Origin: Chromera velia
Lineage: Eukaryota
Assembly: GCA_018398765.1 (NCBI GenBank)
Contig: JAHBMJ010000245.1
Span: 1 to 64,000 of the forward strand
DNA: 64,000 nucleotides
Reading direction: 5' to 3'
Under the pieces are notes generated by a model. It searched no databases. It was not told where the DNA came from and worked only from the letters and a program-made list of their open reading frames with translations. The translations under genes were made by a program, and so were the position numbers. Positions 26,633-37,674 of the stretch are shown in pieces. The first letter of the stretch is position 1; every line of letters begins with the position of its first letter.

Positions 26633-27078
26633 CTATCTGACTGAGTGAGTGAGTGGGTGCACTGACTGACTAACTGCCTCACAGATAGACGGGCCGATGA
26701 AGAGTGAAGAATGACTGACTGACTGCATGTAGGAAGATCAGGCGTGACTTCTTGGCCGACTTCCGTACTGATCGGCTGGCTCACGGAAGGACTCTCTATC
26801 CCTCCTCCCAACCTATAGATCCTCTTATCCCCTCCCCCACCGACCAGTCTGATGCGGTTGTGGGAGAAGTCGATGATTCTGCTTCTCTGGCAATCTCTCC
26901 AAAGAACCTTGTACGTCTTCAGACTCTCTGTGGTCAATTCGGGTCCTATGGACATGTGTGATCCGTCTGCGAGTTCGATCATCATCTCGTCTGCGTTCTT
27001 CTTCTCTTTGGAGGACCGTGCAGTCGACCCTGGGGATCCTGCAGGGTCCAGTGCACCCGGGGCTGCGGGGGGACTCAT
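20298..27078 (-). CDS. Leucine-rich repeat protein (SDS22/U2A'-type LRRs plus LRRcap) with Arg/Gly/Ser-rich C-terminus; about 12-13 exons
   Basis: Exon 1 (27078-26845) ends IIDFSHNRIRL. Later exons give VLRSLDLSRNCIQK, LPALEKLNLEDNSLTSLRGL..LTHLNVAKNKL, LVALQVEGNNFC and the LRRcap-like AFCVAACPRLSNLNGMEVTKDVR. The terminal exon at about 21270-20298 is RG/RS-rich. Confidence 0.85.
25441..25497 (+). mobile_element. Copy of an approximately 55-bp dispersed intronic element embedded in (CAGA)n
   Basis: CAGACTATATGTTTCTTCTTCTTCTCCCTCCTTTTCTTCATGAACACAACAGACA. Near-identical copies at 49244-49297 (+) and 32521-32571 (-), and a diverged copy near 8157-8210. Confidence 0.7.
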
Positions 27079-29143
27079 CGCGTAAGGCTTAGAGCTAAAT
27101 GCGAAATGCTTAACGTAACGTATAGAGATTCACAAATACAGATCTTCAGAAGACCATCAAAAGCATCTGCAAGATCGAAGTGTAAGTGACCTGCTGCTTC
27201 ACTTCTCTGTTCTGCAAGACTCGGCCTGCCTGATTGTCCGTGAGGCAGTCTTCTCTCTGTCTGCTTTGACAACCGGTGGACTTCAAATGACTTGCGAAGG
27301 TTCTCCTCGCTAAGCTCTCGGGCCTTGTTCTTGAGCCCACGTCGCCAGACCTCCACTGGATTGCTCTCTGCAATGAGAGAGCAAGAGGATGCAGTCATTG
27401 GAAGACTCCTCAACCGCAACGTACCATGGTGGTAGCATGTATGCTTGCCTTGTTTGCTTTGTCTTTTCCTTTTCTTACATGCATGTATGCATGCTTTATG
27501 GCGTGGGAGTCACAAGTGGGGACACACACAGATTATTGAGTGCCTTTTTGACGATCGAGGCAAGGGGTTTTCGACCATGCGGTGCAAATTTCCTTCGCAA
27601 AGTACGTGGCCCCGGAAAGCGAAGCGGGGGGCACTTACCAAACAATCCCCTGGCATAGAGCTTTCATCAAAAAAAAGGCCCCGGAAAGAACTGTCCCCTT
27701 GGGCCGGAAAAGCGCCGACCGATTCCTGAAGTGCCCCGATGCGCGTGCTTTGATGTGCGTGCGTCAGATGAAGGCTTTTATAGCCCCAGAAAGCGAAGCG
27801 GGGGGCACTTACAAAGCAAACATACCCCAACCCATACATCTGATGCAAGCACGCTTGCGAACGGCCCCGGAAAGTAAGAAAAATGAGAACTGCACGATTG
27901 ACGTACACCGGCCAGTCGACCGCGCAGGTGGTCATGCCGACTNCCCCCCCCCCCTGAAAAAAAGCCCGGAGGTAAGCAAAATTAAACCCATCTGACACAC
28001 GCATAGCGCAAATCAGCCTTTCGGGACCGGGTTTTTGGTGAAAGACACTGCATGCATGCATGTGTCGGCTGGGGTATTTCTATTTTGTAAGTGCCCCCCG
28101 CTTCGCTTTCCAGGGCCATGCATGCAGTCTTTCACCAAAAAAAGGCCCCGGAAAGATCCCGCCCCAAATGGTCCAGAAAAGCGTGCATGGACCCACGTCG
28201 TTATACATCTGACGCAAGCAAGCCTGCGAAGGGCCCCCAGAAAGTAAGAAAAATGAGAACTTCACGATTGACGCATGCCGACCAGCCGATCGGGCGGTCG
28301 CGCCGGCCCCTCCCCCCCGTGAAAAAAGTCGCAAAAACCCCCCTCCCCCAAGAAAAAAGCTCGGGGATGCAGCCTGTCACTTTTCGGGGCCACTGACGCA
28401 CGCATGCATGATGACGCGGGTTCATGCACACTTTTCTAGACCATTTAGGACGAGATCTTTCCGGGGCCTTTTTTTGGTGAAAGACACTATGCATGCATGG
28501 GCTGGGGTATTTTTGTTTTGTAAGTGCCCTCCGCTTCGCTTTTTGGGACCAAAATTGTTAGAACGAACGTCCTGGTTACATGAGCAGCAGTGAGATTATG
28601 TGGAGACAAAAGCATAAGGCCAACCCTTATGCAGTTGTGCGCCGCCAATCATTGTCACCTTGCATGCGCGGTACATATTCTTATCTGATTTGTTCTGGTC
28701 TCTGGTCAGTGCATATGAGTCCATACATTATTCTCATGAAGGTTTAATTTAGAGACGTGGCGTGTATGCAACGCCATCAGTCCGTGCACGTGCACGCGTC
28801 GCCGTGAGGACCGATCGATCCATCTACGCGTACCATTTGATCTGTTGTGCAACTGTTGTGCATATGTTGTTGACGATCGACTTCATGCATTGTAATGAGT
28901 GCCTGGATGACACTTGTACATCAACAAATAGGAAAGGAGCGATTCAATTAAGAAGTGGTAGATGTGTATTTCTCAAAGGGCCCATCGATGCATGGCGAGC
29001 CGATTAGTCGATCGACTGTCGAGATCGATCGATCGACTTTCACTCTGCGTATTGATTCCATCCTGCCTCGATCGATTGAGCCTCTTTATGGTACTACTCA
29101 GGTTAGTCCTTTCGATTGACAGACTTCTGTGTATGTGTATGGA

Positions 29144-29722
29144 CTAGGGGGGGGCACTCTGGAAGGTTATGGTAGATTTTAAGCCCAGAATGACATAAAA
29201 TATGAACAAAAACAGATTTTTGCGAGCCAGTCCAGCAACCTGGAGCTCTGCCTAGTCAAGTTACGTCAAAATCTAATATTTTTGAAGTATAGGCTACGTG
29301 GTTACTTTAGGTTACCCCTTTTTTATCTTTGTCACACAAAGAGGTTATAGGTTACCTAGTTACGACCATTTTGACCTCAGTAACCAACCAAATTTTCAAC
29401 TTTTAAAAACATTTAAAATAATGTTTAGAATATATTTGAATGCTTGTTAAGGGAGGTTACTTCATTTTTGAAGGGGGTCAAAAAAGGTTACGGGTTACCC
29501 GGTTACGGAAGGTTTGGGGGCAAAGTGAATGTGACACATCATTTTTTATCATTTTTGATCATAACCTAAATTGTTTAACAGTCTTGAAGCCAGTTTTGTG
29601 AGTAACCAAACGTAACTAATCAATTGGCACCACTTTTGACTGATGGTTACATGACACACGTTGTAGAGAGGGAGTGTAGGGTTAGCAACCATCGTATAAC
29701 CGGCTGAAGTGCCTCCTCCTAG
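29144..29722. mobile_element. MITE / non-autonomous DNA transposon with GGTTAC internal repeats
   Basis: Imperfect TIRs CTAGGGGGGGGCACT / AGTGCCTCCTCCTAG. TSD TGTATGGA at 29136-29143 and 29723-29730 (could be read as 10 bp with TAGG termini). Many GGTTAC/GTAACC motifs. Confidence 0.88.
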
Positions 29723-29755
29723 TGTATGGACTTTGGACATCAGGTCATCAGGTCA

Positions 29756-29987
29756 CGCAGCCCATCCACTTGGGAATTTTTGGTACCAAAACTTTAAGAC
29801 CCCTGTCAAATTTTCTTTTTTTTGTACCCTCCTTACCAAACTTTCCCATAAAGGCTTAAATAAGGCAAAAAACACTGCTGAAATCAAAACATCTGACCCA
29901 TTGAAGGCTGATTTTCTCTAGTCTTCAATACAAAATATTCCCAAGCTGAAGACCCCTTACCAATTTTTCCAAAGTGGATGGGCCGCG
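29756..29987. mobile_element. 232-bp MITE with 8-bp TSD TCAGGTCA
   Basis: TIRs CGCAGCCCATCCACTT / AAGTGGATGGGCCGCG. TSD at 29748-29755 and 29988-29995. A second copy lies at 35047-35248. Confidence 0.92.
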
Positions 29988-31448
29988 TCAGGTCAGAGCA
30001 TCATCCTTTGGCTTTCTGTTTCTAGTCTGTCTACTAAGGACTAGCTCTTTGCTTTTGATTCCTATACTTCTCCATCGGTCCATCTTAACCATCCTCATTG
30101 TTTTATAAAAATCGGGTAATCAGGTCTGAAGTCCACCTGACGCACGCACATTTGACGCACATTCAGCCTTTCGGGGCCGGGTTTTTGCTGAAAGACAGCG
30201 TGCACGCACGTGGGCTGGGGTATTTTTATTTTATAAGTGCCCCCCGCTTCGTTTTCCGGGGCCATGCATGCAGTCTTTCACCGAAAAAAGGCCTCGGAAA
30301 GATCCCGCCCCAAATGGTCTAGAAAAGCGTGCATGAACCCGCATCGTCATGCATCTGACGTAAGCAAGCCTACGAAGGGCCCCCGGAAAGCAAGAAAAAT
30401 GAGAATTTCACGATTGACGCATGCCGACCAGCCGATCGGGCGGTCGCGCCGACCCTCCCCCCGTGGAAGAAGCCGCAGAAACCCCCCTCCCCCAGGAAAA
30501 AAGCCCGAGGATGCAGCCTGTTGCTTTCCGGGGCCACTGACGCACGCAATACCATGCATGACGATGCGGGTTCATGCACACTTTTCTGGACCATTTGGGG
30601 CGGAATCTTTCTGGTTTTTTTTTTTTTTTTGGCGAAAGACACTATGCATGCATGGGGTGGGGTATTTTTATTTTGTAAGTGCCCTCTGCTTCGCTTTCCA
30701 GGGCTAAAATCGGGTAATTAGGTCTGAAGTCCACCTGACACATGCACATTTGGCGCATATTCAGCCTTTCGGGGCCGGGTTTTTACCGAAAGACAGCGTG
30801 CACGCACGTGGACTGGGGTATTTCTGTTTTCTAAGTGCCCCCCGCTTCGCTTTCCGGGGCCATGCGTGCGTCAGTGGCCCCGGAAAGCAACAGGCTGCAT
30901 TCCCGGGCTTTTTTCCTGGGGGAGGGGGGGTTCTGCGGCTTTTCCCGCGGGGGGGGGGTCGGCGCGACCGCCTGGTCGGCTGGCCGGCGTGCGTCAATCG
31001 TGAAGTTCTCATTTTTCTTGCTTTCCGGGGCCGTTCGCAAGCTTGCTTGCGTCAGATGTATATGTGGAAAAAGTTTCCCCTGATTGGTGCATGGAACTGC
31101 CCTCTGAGGAGCACCAGAGATTCGATAGAGATTCGTATCGGTTGTAGGTTCCAAGGCTGCTTGGGGGGCACTTACGAGAAACAATTCAAGACAACAAAAA
31201 TCATTCCGAGCTACAAGAAGTGCCACAAAGGATCGAAGCAGACTTCGACAGTGTCAAACTGACTCAAACACGGGCAACAAGTATCAGTCTTGCTTCTTGC
31301 TTACTTGTCAACTACCGACGGTTTCCAATCGGACCCTCGCTGGCTTGCAATTTGGATGAAGAAAGCTGTTTCTGTTCGAGTCCATTCACAGCAACACTTG
31401 TGAGCAGGCAACTGGGGCAATCCTCCGTCTCTTCGTCTGTCTTTCAGA

Positions 31449-32587
31449 ATGTCTGTGTACTACCGTTGGTCCCACTTGAAGGGGGGGGAAGCCAAGCCTC
31501 TGCAAGTTGAAGGCGTGAGGACTTCTTGGAAGTCTCTGGAGATCAAGAAGGCGATAGCGGAGAAGGAAAAGCTTCCCCGCTACGGTGTCAGTTTTCTGTT
31601 TCAGTTGACTAACGCAAAGACCTCCGAGGAGTACAAAGACGACGTTGAAATTCCCCAAAACACCACTGTGGTTGTCAAACGCGTTTTCGTCACAAGCAAA
31701 CCGACGCTGATCGTCGGTGACAGCACACTACAGAAGAGACCGGGTCCTACCGTACGGGATCTCCCCGCCGCCACAGTCAAACCCGCCAAGAGCGTCAAGG
31801 TGGAACCTGCGCCGAGTGCCACAGGCTCAGGGCAAGCGGACGGGAACGAGGACGAGGACGACTATGCCTTTGGGGATGATTCGGATGATGAGATGAGCTA
31901 CCCTACACAGCCCTTCCCAGAAGAGCTCAGATGCCCGAAGTGCAGATGCATCTTTGACGACCCGGTGCTTGTCAAGTGCGACTTGACAGACTGTGGAGGG
32001 AGTGCTTGCAGAGCTTGTCAGTTAGTCAGTCAGCCACTTACTCACTCACTCACTTGGCCAGTCAGTTAGTGAGCCAGCCAGTCGGACAGTCAGTCAGTAG
32101 TCAGTCAGCAGACTGGCGAAAAAATGATTGGGGGCACCGACACACAGCTTTTGGCTGCCTCTTCCGAACGCCCTAGTCATTGCCTTCTGCACATTCTTGC
32201 CTGTCTGTCTCTGGGTGTCTTTCTGTCCGACAGGCTGACATTCCTGCCTGTTTCGTCTGTATCACTCTTTCCGTCTGTCGATCTTTCGTCTCTGTCTGTC
32301 TTTCCTTGTCCGCCATGTGCTACAGATAGAAGAAGTGGGGAAAAGAAGAAGAAGAGAGCGAAAAACAAGCGTACATCTCTTTTGACTATCGCTCTGTCTG
32401 CCTGTCTTAATCTTCTGCTTTGTCTGTGAGAAGGGAAGAAGGGCTCTGTGTCTGTTTCTTCCTTCCTTCCTTCCTTCCTTCCTTCCTTTCTGTCTGTCTG
32501 TCTGTCTGTCTGTCTGTTTTGTCTGTTGTGTACATGAAGAAAAGAAGGGAGAAGAAAAAACACGTAGTCTGTCTGTCTTTCAGTCTG

Positions 32588-32660
<73 letters not shown>

Positions 32661-34164
32661 TTTTCTCTTTCTTTTCTTTTTTTTTTCTGTTTTTTCTTTT
32701 TTTTTCTTTCTTTCTTTTTTTTTTTTTTCTTCTTTTTTTCTTTCTTTTCTTTCTTTTCTTTCTTTTCTTTTCTTTTCTTTTCTTTTCTTTTCTTTCCTTC
32801 CTTCCTTCCTTTCTGTCTTTCTTTCTTTCTTTCTTTCCTTCCTTCCTTTCTTCCTTCCTTGCTTCCTCTGTCTTTGTCTGCTGTGTATGTGAAGAGAAAA
32901 AAAAAGGCGACGGGCATGGTATGGGCAGTCTTGTGTCTCGCTGCGTCTTTCTGCCAAATAGAAACCCGGATTGATGGCGTTTCCCCTGCTGGTCGCCCTT
33001 GGTGCTCGGCATCTTCTATGTGTGAACGCACGATCGTCGAAATAAATCGGATTTAATCACGGTTCGTCTGTCTTTCATTCTGCTCTCTCTTCCCCCCCCC
33101 CCCCNNNNNNNNNNNNNNNNNNNNNNNNNNNNNNNNNTTCTCTCAGAGTGACATGATTCCATCTTGACTTGACTGTCCGTCCTCTACTTGAATCTCTGTC
33201 TGTCTGTCTGTCTGTCTGTCTGCAGGTGTGGAGAGGGGCCTAGAGCAGTCCCCCAACAAGTGCCCCCTCTGCGGGTCCAGATACCAGACCCACATGCCCA
33301 ACAGAACCCTCAGGCAGTGCGTGGAGGCAGTGAACCTCAGATTCTTCAACAACGTCCCCGTCAGGTCAGAGCACAGGCAGGCAGACAGACGAATAGACAA
33401 AATGGAGCGTGCTGAGATCAGTATGCATTCTGCATTGTCCCTCAATTCTCTGCAATGTGAGAAGAGAAGCATGATGCCACGCTTAAATCGAACGGCTCTA
33501 CATGAGCACAAGCTTTTGCTTCGTTCATTTCTTCTCAGCGTGCAACAGAGGCAGCAAGACAAGAAGAGTGATGATGAAGGCAGAAACCTCAAGAGCCACT
33601 CAAAAGTATTCTGTATGAAGATGGCGTCATGATGGTCACTGTAGTGATTGCTCTCGGCTTGCTTCATTCCTCTTCAACCACCCCCCCGATTCAGAATGGA
33701 GTCTTCCAACTTTTGATCATCTCATCATAAGTGCTCGTTGGTTTTTACTCTGCTTGCCTCAAATCTCACTGTCCAAATTTGAAGCTCTCGTCGAGTCTCA
33801 TTCTTTCTTTTGCATTCCCTCTCACCTCCTCAGGTCGACTCGGCAAAAAGCGAGAGGAGCACGAGCAGCAGCAGAAGGTGAAGGAGGCGCCGCAGCTGGA
33901 GCCACAGCCGCCTCATCTGATCAGAGGGTCGAACAGCAACCCGCAGTCACTCTCCATGTGCCTTCACATGTGTCAGGACAAGAGCAGAAATCCGAAGAGG
34001 GGGTCAAAAAGGAGGACCAGACTCCGCATCAAGCACTACCAGCAGCAGCCTCTTCTGGGGATGCAGTGGGAAAGAAGGAGGAGGGAATCGTGGAGAAACA
34101 AGAAGAGGAGGCAGCCCAATACCTTGCAGATGACTTTCTAGAAGACTCTTTTCTGCAGCAGTGA
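31449..34164 (+). CDS. RBBP6: DWNN ubiquitin-like domain + RING finger protein (RBBP6/Mpe1 family), about 345 aa; exons 31449-32016, 33226-33364, 33834-34164
   Basis: MSVYYRW..EIKKAI..LTNAKTSEEYKDDVEIPQNTTVVVKRV is the DWNN pattern. PEELRCPKC..DPVLVKC..C..SAC/RAC-VERGL..KCPLC..PNRTLRQ is the family RING. Intron phases (1, 2) close to 1038 nt. Confidence 0.88.
32455..32862. repeat. Intronic (CCTT)/(CTTT)/(GTCT) microsatellite block
   Basis: Directly visible. Confidence 0.95.
33105..33137. other. Assembly gap (N run) after poly-C
   Basis: Run of n characters. Confidence 0.99.
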
Positions 34165-34426
34165 GCATCACCGGGTTTTAGCCTGGCTGAAGCGAGTCAA
34201 TCGGACCGGACTTACCTCACTGGCAAAAGCTCAGGCTAGAGCTCAGGCCAACCTGGAGGCTAGCTAGCTAGCCTGGAGGCCAACTTCATTTATTACAAAT
34301 TATGTATAATTGTAATGGTTGAGTTGTACTGTTTAGTCTCGTCTTTAGTATTCGACTATACGTATTCGATCTTTGGATCGTCTTATCATCATCATCATCA
34401 TCTTTAGTTTTTATACTTTCTAAAGC

Positions 34427-34430
<4 letters not shown>

Positions 34431-34465
<35 letters not shown>

Positions 34466-34472
34466 ATGTTCC
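34431..34472 (-). mobile_element. Short non-LTR retroelement 3' end with (AATC)n tail (second copy)
   Basis: Matches 12291-12345 apart from one C/T difference and tail length. Confidence 0.7.
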
Positions 34473-35046
34473 GCCCTAGGGCCTTCCCGCTAATTAAATT
34501 TTAATATGAAAAGTATAACTAGCTAGAGATAACTAGAAGTATAATTACTATACTTCTAAAACCTTCTAGTTATAAATCCTAAATTTTATACATTAGGATT
34601 AGGATTAATGTTCGGAGGATTGGCCTCCCGCCCTAATGCCGAATATCCGACGTGCGGCTTCTAGGGAAAGCGCCTAGACGTATCAGACCTCCCTGGCCGG
34701 CCCGCACAGGTCTAACCTATACCGCGAACGGATCACATTGAACAGTCAATCACCTGCGTGTGTATGTGAGAGGGCTTACTCCATTCCAAAGTAGGGTTTG
34801 AAAGGGAACGATTCCAGAATTGCAGATGAACGGCTCGAAGCGAGTTCCAAAACCTCCCAACATCCCATCCTTCTCCTTTTTCCCTCCTCTTTTGCTTCCT
34901 TTATATCGCTCCACACTCTTTCATACTCTTTAATTCTTCCCTCTCTTTCTTTCTCACTTTTCCAAGTCTCCTGATGTAACCTGTTAGCTATATACGGGGC
35001 TCTCTAAACTCTAATAACTAAGATGGGCATTCAAGTTCAGTGACTA

Positions 35047-35248
35047 GTGGGTCTTCAGCTCGGGAATATTTATTATTAAAGACTAGAGAAAATCAGCCTT
35101 CGATGGGTCAGATGTTTTGATTTTAGCAGTGTTTTTTGCCTTATTTGAGCCTTTGTGGGAAAATTTGGTAAAGGGGGGGCAAAAAAGGGAAAATTTGGCA
35201 GGGGTCTTAAAGTTCTGGTACCAAACATTCCCGAGTAGATGGGCCGCG
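35047..35248 (-). mobile_element. One-end-truncated copy of the 232-bp MITE inside the Gypsy 3' LTR
   Basis: Reverse complement of about 29756-29957. It is absent from the other LTR, where GTGACTA-TAAGT-GTCATAG is contiguous. Confidence 0.9.
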
Positions 35249-35650
35249 GTCATAGAAAGTCTGATCTAGGAGAGTTGTCCTGTTAATTTATCAGTCAGAT
35301 GCTACCATATCAATCAAGCGTGTATACAGGCAGACTGATTAATTCCGACGTCAGGCCACGTCAGAATTATATAGGCCATCACTCATAGTGCCGCCGCGCC
35401 GCCACGCCGCCACACCTTGAGCCCATCGCCTGCCCGCTGCTCGTGTCCGGCCTACACCTGCCCGCTGCTCGGAGCCGACGACCTCGCTCGGCTTTTGCTC
35501 TTCTTCTATAGGCTCCCTCTCCTACAGCCTCCTCGAACCGTTGCTCATCACACACCTCATTCTCCACGGATAACTTACCGGGATAAGTACATCGAACTGC
35601 ATACACACACATGCAAGATCGGAGGATAATGTCATATATAATTCATCTAC

Positions 35651-37623
35651 CTAATCTCCTTTATCCATCCTACACTCACAAGCACGCATGCCACTCCACA
35701 GGCCTATCACTTCTGCCCACACTGACTTCACCTCTCTGTTCCTCAACTGTATCCTACACCTGCCCATTGCTTTTTTCTTTTCTTGCCTTTTCTTTTCTTT
35801 GAATGCGTGCAGTGCTTCTTTGGCATGTGTCAGATTTACGGCAGGCTCCCAGGATGCATTTTCTTTACTCTCTCCTTCCCACCATACCAGATAGTGTGCC
35901 TGCTTGTCTATCTTTCTGTGATCAAGAATCTCTTTCACTTGATACTCGACTTCTTCTGATGCAGGCAATCTGATAGCAGGAGGAGGGTCATCCTTTTTTC
36001 TCTCGTACTTCTTGAGGAAAGAAACATTGATGACATTGTGGCCCCTTACCCCTGCAGGGAAAATCAGCTTATACGTATTGCTCCCTATTTTCTCTTCTAC
36101 CTCAAATGGTCCATAAAATACAGGCTCAAGCTTTCCGCTTGTCTTCTTACTTCCCTTAAAATATGCATTGCGCACAAATATGAAATCCCCTGAAGCAAAT
36201 GAGACTTCTTTTCTGTGTGGGTCTACTTGACGAGCTGCTTGCTCTCTTGCTCGTTCAAGTTTCTCCTTTGCCTTCATAATTTCTGCCTCTCTGCGGTCTG
36301 CAAAATCTGCTGCTGGTGGATAGAATGACTTTGAGCGCATGGAGACTGAAGGCAAACGGATAGGGTCACAGCCGTACAAGAAAGAAAAATGAGACATGCC
36401 TGTGGCTGGATACACAGAATCACGATATACAAATTGACACAAACACAACCACCTCGGCCAGTCTGTCTGATGCTCATTCACAAAACAATGCAACATCTGT
36501 TCAATTGTCCGATTGTCCCTCTCTGTCTGTCCGTCTGACTATGGGTGTCCTCTTGTGCTCATATTCAGCTTCGTTCCCCATAAACGAGCCAATTCTTTCC
36601 AGAATGCCAACAAAAAACGAGGATCACGATCACTCACGACTGACTGTGGCATTCGGTGCTCGCACACAACGCGCTTGTAGACCACCTCTGCAGTTCTCTC
36701 GGCGGTGATTTCCGAGGAGACTGCAGTGAAAGTAGGGGTTTTTGACAGATGGTTAATCACAGAGAGAATCCGGGACCCATCAACCCATTCTCCTTTGAAT
36801 ATCACCCTCGGTAAACCAAACACAAAATCCAAAGAGATTGACTGAAAAGAAAATTCAGGGATAGAGAGAGGTTGGAGCAATCCATGTGGTTTCTCAGTCG
36901 GCCTCTTTGCTCATCGCACTTTCTGACATACTGCTGGACAGAAACATACATATGAGGCCAGTAGAAACTTCCTGCCAGTTTCAAATATGTCTTCTCTGCC
37001 CCCAAATAACCCCCTGCAGCCGTGTCGTGATGCTCATAAATGAGATTCCTTTGTAGTCTTTCTATAGGAACAGCCAGCCTATTGTTGAAATAAAGCAATC
37101 CATCCTCTATCTGAAAACGAGGGACAATCAGCCGCAAGTGTTGAGGCACCTCTCTATCAGGGTGCTCCATCACTTCCTTCACTTCTGACAGTGTCCAGAA
37201 CTTCTCTTCTTCATAGCCTTTCTTTATCCTCTCCTAGATCCTCTCTAATAACACCTTATCCGGCTGTACTCTTGACTCCAGCAACAACTGTTACAACTGG
37301 CAGACTTTTTTTCTTTCTTTCTCTTCTTCTGTTGACTCATGGGTGGTCACCGCCGGGTGTCTGCTCAGTGTATCTGCTACTCTGTTTCTTACACCGGGCA
37401 CATACCTGGGAGTGATCCCCAACTCGTCGAACATCGAGACGAATCTGCACATACGTGGAGACGTCAGGGTGCAGTCAGTAAACACATTGACATACTTGAG
37501 AGATTCATGATCGGACCATACCTTAGTTGTATGACTGACATATAGTTTCCATGATTTCACAGCAAACACACATGCAAGAAATTCTTTATCTCTGATGGTA
37601 TACTTCAATTCTGCCCATGACAT
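35651..37623 (-). pseudogene. Gypsy RNase H, integrase and chromodomain, broken by stops and frameshifts
   Basis: AELKYTIRDKEFLA..SDHESLKY (RNase H); EHHD..G.LG.EKT..FYWP..VRKC (integrase zinc finger); SLDFV..VVSDRDPRF..HP (integrase core); GPF; YQVKEILDH..YLVWWEG..SWEPAVNL (chromodomain). Confidence 0.93.
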
Positions 37624-37674
37624 TCTGCGTGAAGCAAATGCACACGGACGGAGCCATCCAGTCTTAGGGTCTTC

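Larger units (their letters stand above)
28556..30107. mobile_element. Solo-LTR-like insertion with 5-bp TSD AAAAT, hosting two MITEs
   Basis: The uninterrupted unit junction is GGGCT-AAAAT-CGGGTA (about 30701-30716). Here AAAAT is duplicated at 28551-28555 and 30108-30112. The insert begins TG and ends TA (possibly a mutated CA). Confidence 0.65.
27608..31173. repeat. Modular foldback-like repeat array (about 600-bp units with internal inverted modules), interrupted by a nested insertion
   Basis: Recurrent GGCCCCGGAAAG and GCGAAGCGGGGGGCACTTAC motifs occur in both orientations. 27990-28555 matches 30138-30710, and 30861-31060 is the reverse complement of 28203-28405 and 30350-30548. Confidence 0.85.

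Noticed and set aside
27510..31262. ORFs within the modular repeat array
   Set aside because: They are short, occur in multiple frames and strands, and are disrupted differently among copies.
32177..33031. Lys/Arg/Glu-rich and Phe-rich ORFs (also 4429-5129)
   Set aside because: Artefacts of (CTTT)/(GA) low-complexity tracts.
34600..34760. Hammerhead or HDV ribozyme in the LINE UTR
   Set aside because: No CUGANGA/GAAA core or clear HDV pseudoknot was found by eye.
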